A DNA stretch of 64,000 nucleotides from Dictyostelium discoideum. Lineage: Eukaryota. Below are positions 63,100-64,000 of this stretch, one piece after another (the stretch's first letter is position 1; each line of letters starts with the position of its first letter). The position numbers were made by a program, and so were the translations under genes. The notes beneath the pieces were generated by a model that made no database searches, was not told the DNA's origin, and saw only the letters and a program-made list of their open reading frames with translations. The DNA is taken from contig CM000154.2 of NCBI GenBank assembly GCA_000004695.1, positions 1,696,001 to 1,760,000 of the forward strand, in the 5' to 3' direction.

Positions 63100-63109
63100 T
63101 TAAAAGAGA

Positions 63110-63748
63110 ATGAGAATTGTTAAAACAACATCAAATGAATTAGTATTGGTTCATAGTAATAGACTTAAGGAATGGTCAATGGGATTAGCAATTGCATCAA
63201 TTGGATTATTACCAACTATATTTCATACAAGTGATGAACTTTTTATAAAGATGTCAAAAGTTGTATTCATTATTACATTTATATTGATTGGATTATTAGG
63301 TATTCATGAAGAGTATTATATTGAATTCAATGTTAAAAAGAGAAAAATGACAATGGAATATAGAAATATAATAGAGGTATTAACAATGCAACCTGGTAGA
63401 AATATGGTATTGGAATTAGATCAAATTAGAGGTGCTGTCATTCAAGAGATTAAAGAAAAGAAACCATTATATAAATTAGCAATCGATTATTCTGATGGTC
63501 TTAAAATTGGTGTAACTGAAACTTGTTATTTCTTTCCTGATCAAATTACTGAAATTAAAAATTCAATTAATAAATGGTTATCTGATAATGGTATAATTGG
63601 TAATAATAAAAATAATAAAAATAATAAAAATGAAGAAGATGAAGATTACAGTAATGATGAAGATGATGAAGATTATAGTGATGATGAAGATGAAAAAGAA
63701 AAAGAAAAAGTTCAATCTATTAAAAAGAGAACTAATAAAGTAAAATAA
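63110..63748 (+). CDS. Hypothetical membrane protein (two predicted TM segments) with an acidic D/E-rich C-terminus
   Basis: A 212-aa ORF. Hydrophobic stretches are GLAIASIGLLPTIF and VVFIITFILIGLLGI. The C-terminus is EEDEDYSNDEDDEDYSDDEDEKEKEK, and no homopolymer dominates. Confidence 0.45.
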   Translation: MRIVKTTSNELVLVHSNRLKEWSMGLAIASIGLLPTIFHTSDELFIKMSKVVFIITFILIGLLGIHEEYYIEFNVKKRKMTMEYRNIIEVLTMQPGRNMVLELDQIRGAVIQEIKEKKPLYKLAIDYSDGLKIGVTETCYFFPDQITEIKNSINKWLSDNGIIGNNKNNKNNKNEEDEDYSNDEDDEDYSDDEDEKEKEKVQSIKKRTNKVK

Positions 63749-63887
63749 ATGTAAAAAATAATAATAATAATAATATCCTTTTTTTTTTTTTTTTTTTTAA
63801 TATTTTAATTTATTATATTCTTTTTTTTTTTTTTTTTTTTTATTTTTTTTTTTTTATTTTTTTTTATTTTCTGGAAAAATGGAATAT

Positions 63888-64000
63888 TTATCTTTTTAAT
63901 AATGAAGTTTTTGAAACTTTTTGACGACTACCACGAGAGATTGATTTGAATTTGATATAATCTCTAACTTTTTTACCAGATGAAGATAAAACTTTTTGTT
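63888..64000 (-). CDS. 3' end of a minus-strand gene running off the window (C-terminus ...GKKVRDYIKFKSISRGSRQKVSKTSLLKR*)
   Basis: The reverse-strand frame is open from the window edge to a TAA at 63888-63890. Composition is basic and non-repetitive. No family can be assigned from 37 residues. Confidence 0.25.
   Translation of the reverse strand, partial: QKVLSSSGKKVRDYIKFKSISRGSRQKVSKTSLLKR

Overview
This 64 kb window is gene-dense, very AT-rich nuclear DNA with the hallmarks of Dictyostelium discoideum (an inference from composition and gene content, not a database match). It shows long poly(A)/poly(T) runs, (ATT/AAT)n microsatellites, short AT-rich introns with GTAAGT/GTATGT...AG boundaries, and poly-N/Q/T/S coding repeats. 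By motif and homology reasoning from the translations I can support about 25 protein-coding genes. These include strumpellin/WASHC5 (partial), villidin (1704 aa after joining two exons), CCZ1, an SDR oxidoreductase, a bacterial-type HslU ATPase, a thioredoxin-like/TPR (YbbN/CnoX-like) protein, a DCAF4-like WD40 protein, a GUP1/HHAT-type MBOAT acyltransferase, an NOL8-like RRM protein, Era GTPase, an SH2-domain protein kinase (Shk family), a RING/TRAF protein, proteasome subunit Rpn3/PSMD3, eRF1 and DNAJC7, plus several hypothetical ORFs. No rRNA, tRNA, CRISPR or recognisable transposon was found. Points worth a second look are: a HMGA-type AT-hook in the HslU presequence extension; HslU arranged head-to-head with the YbbN-like chaperedoxin; a small KEN-box/D-box/CDK-site protein resembling an APC/C substrate; two genes (Era, saposin-like) with homopolymer-associated frame disruptions; an ~85 bp dispersed direct repeat flanking a small ORF; a 5 kb gene desert; and two 100-N assembly gaps, one inside a coding exon, flanked by low-quality homopolymer sequence.
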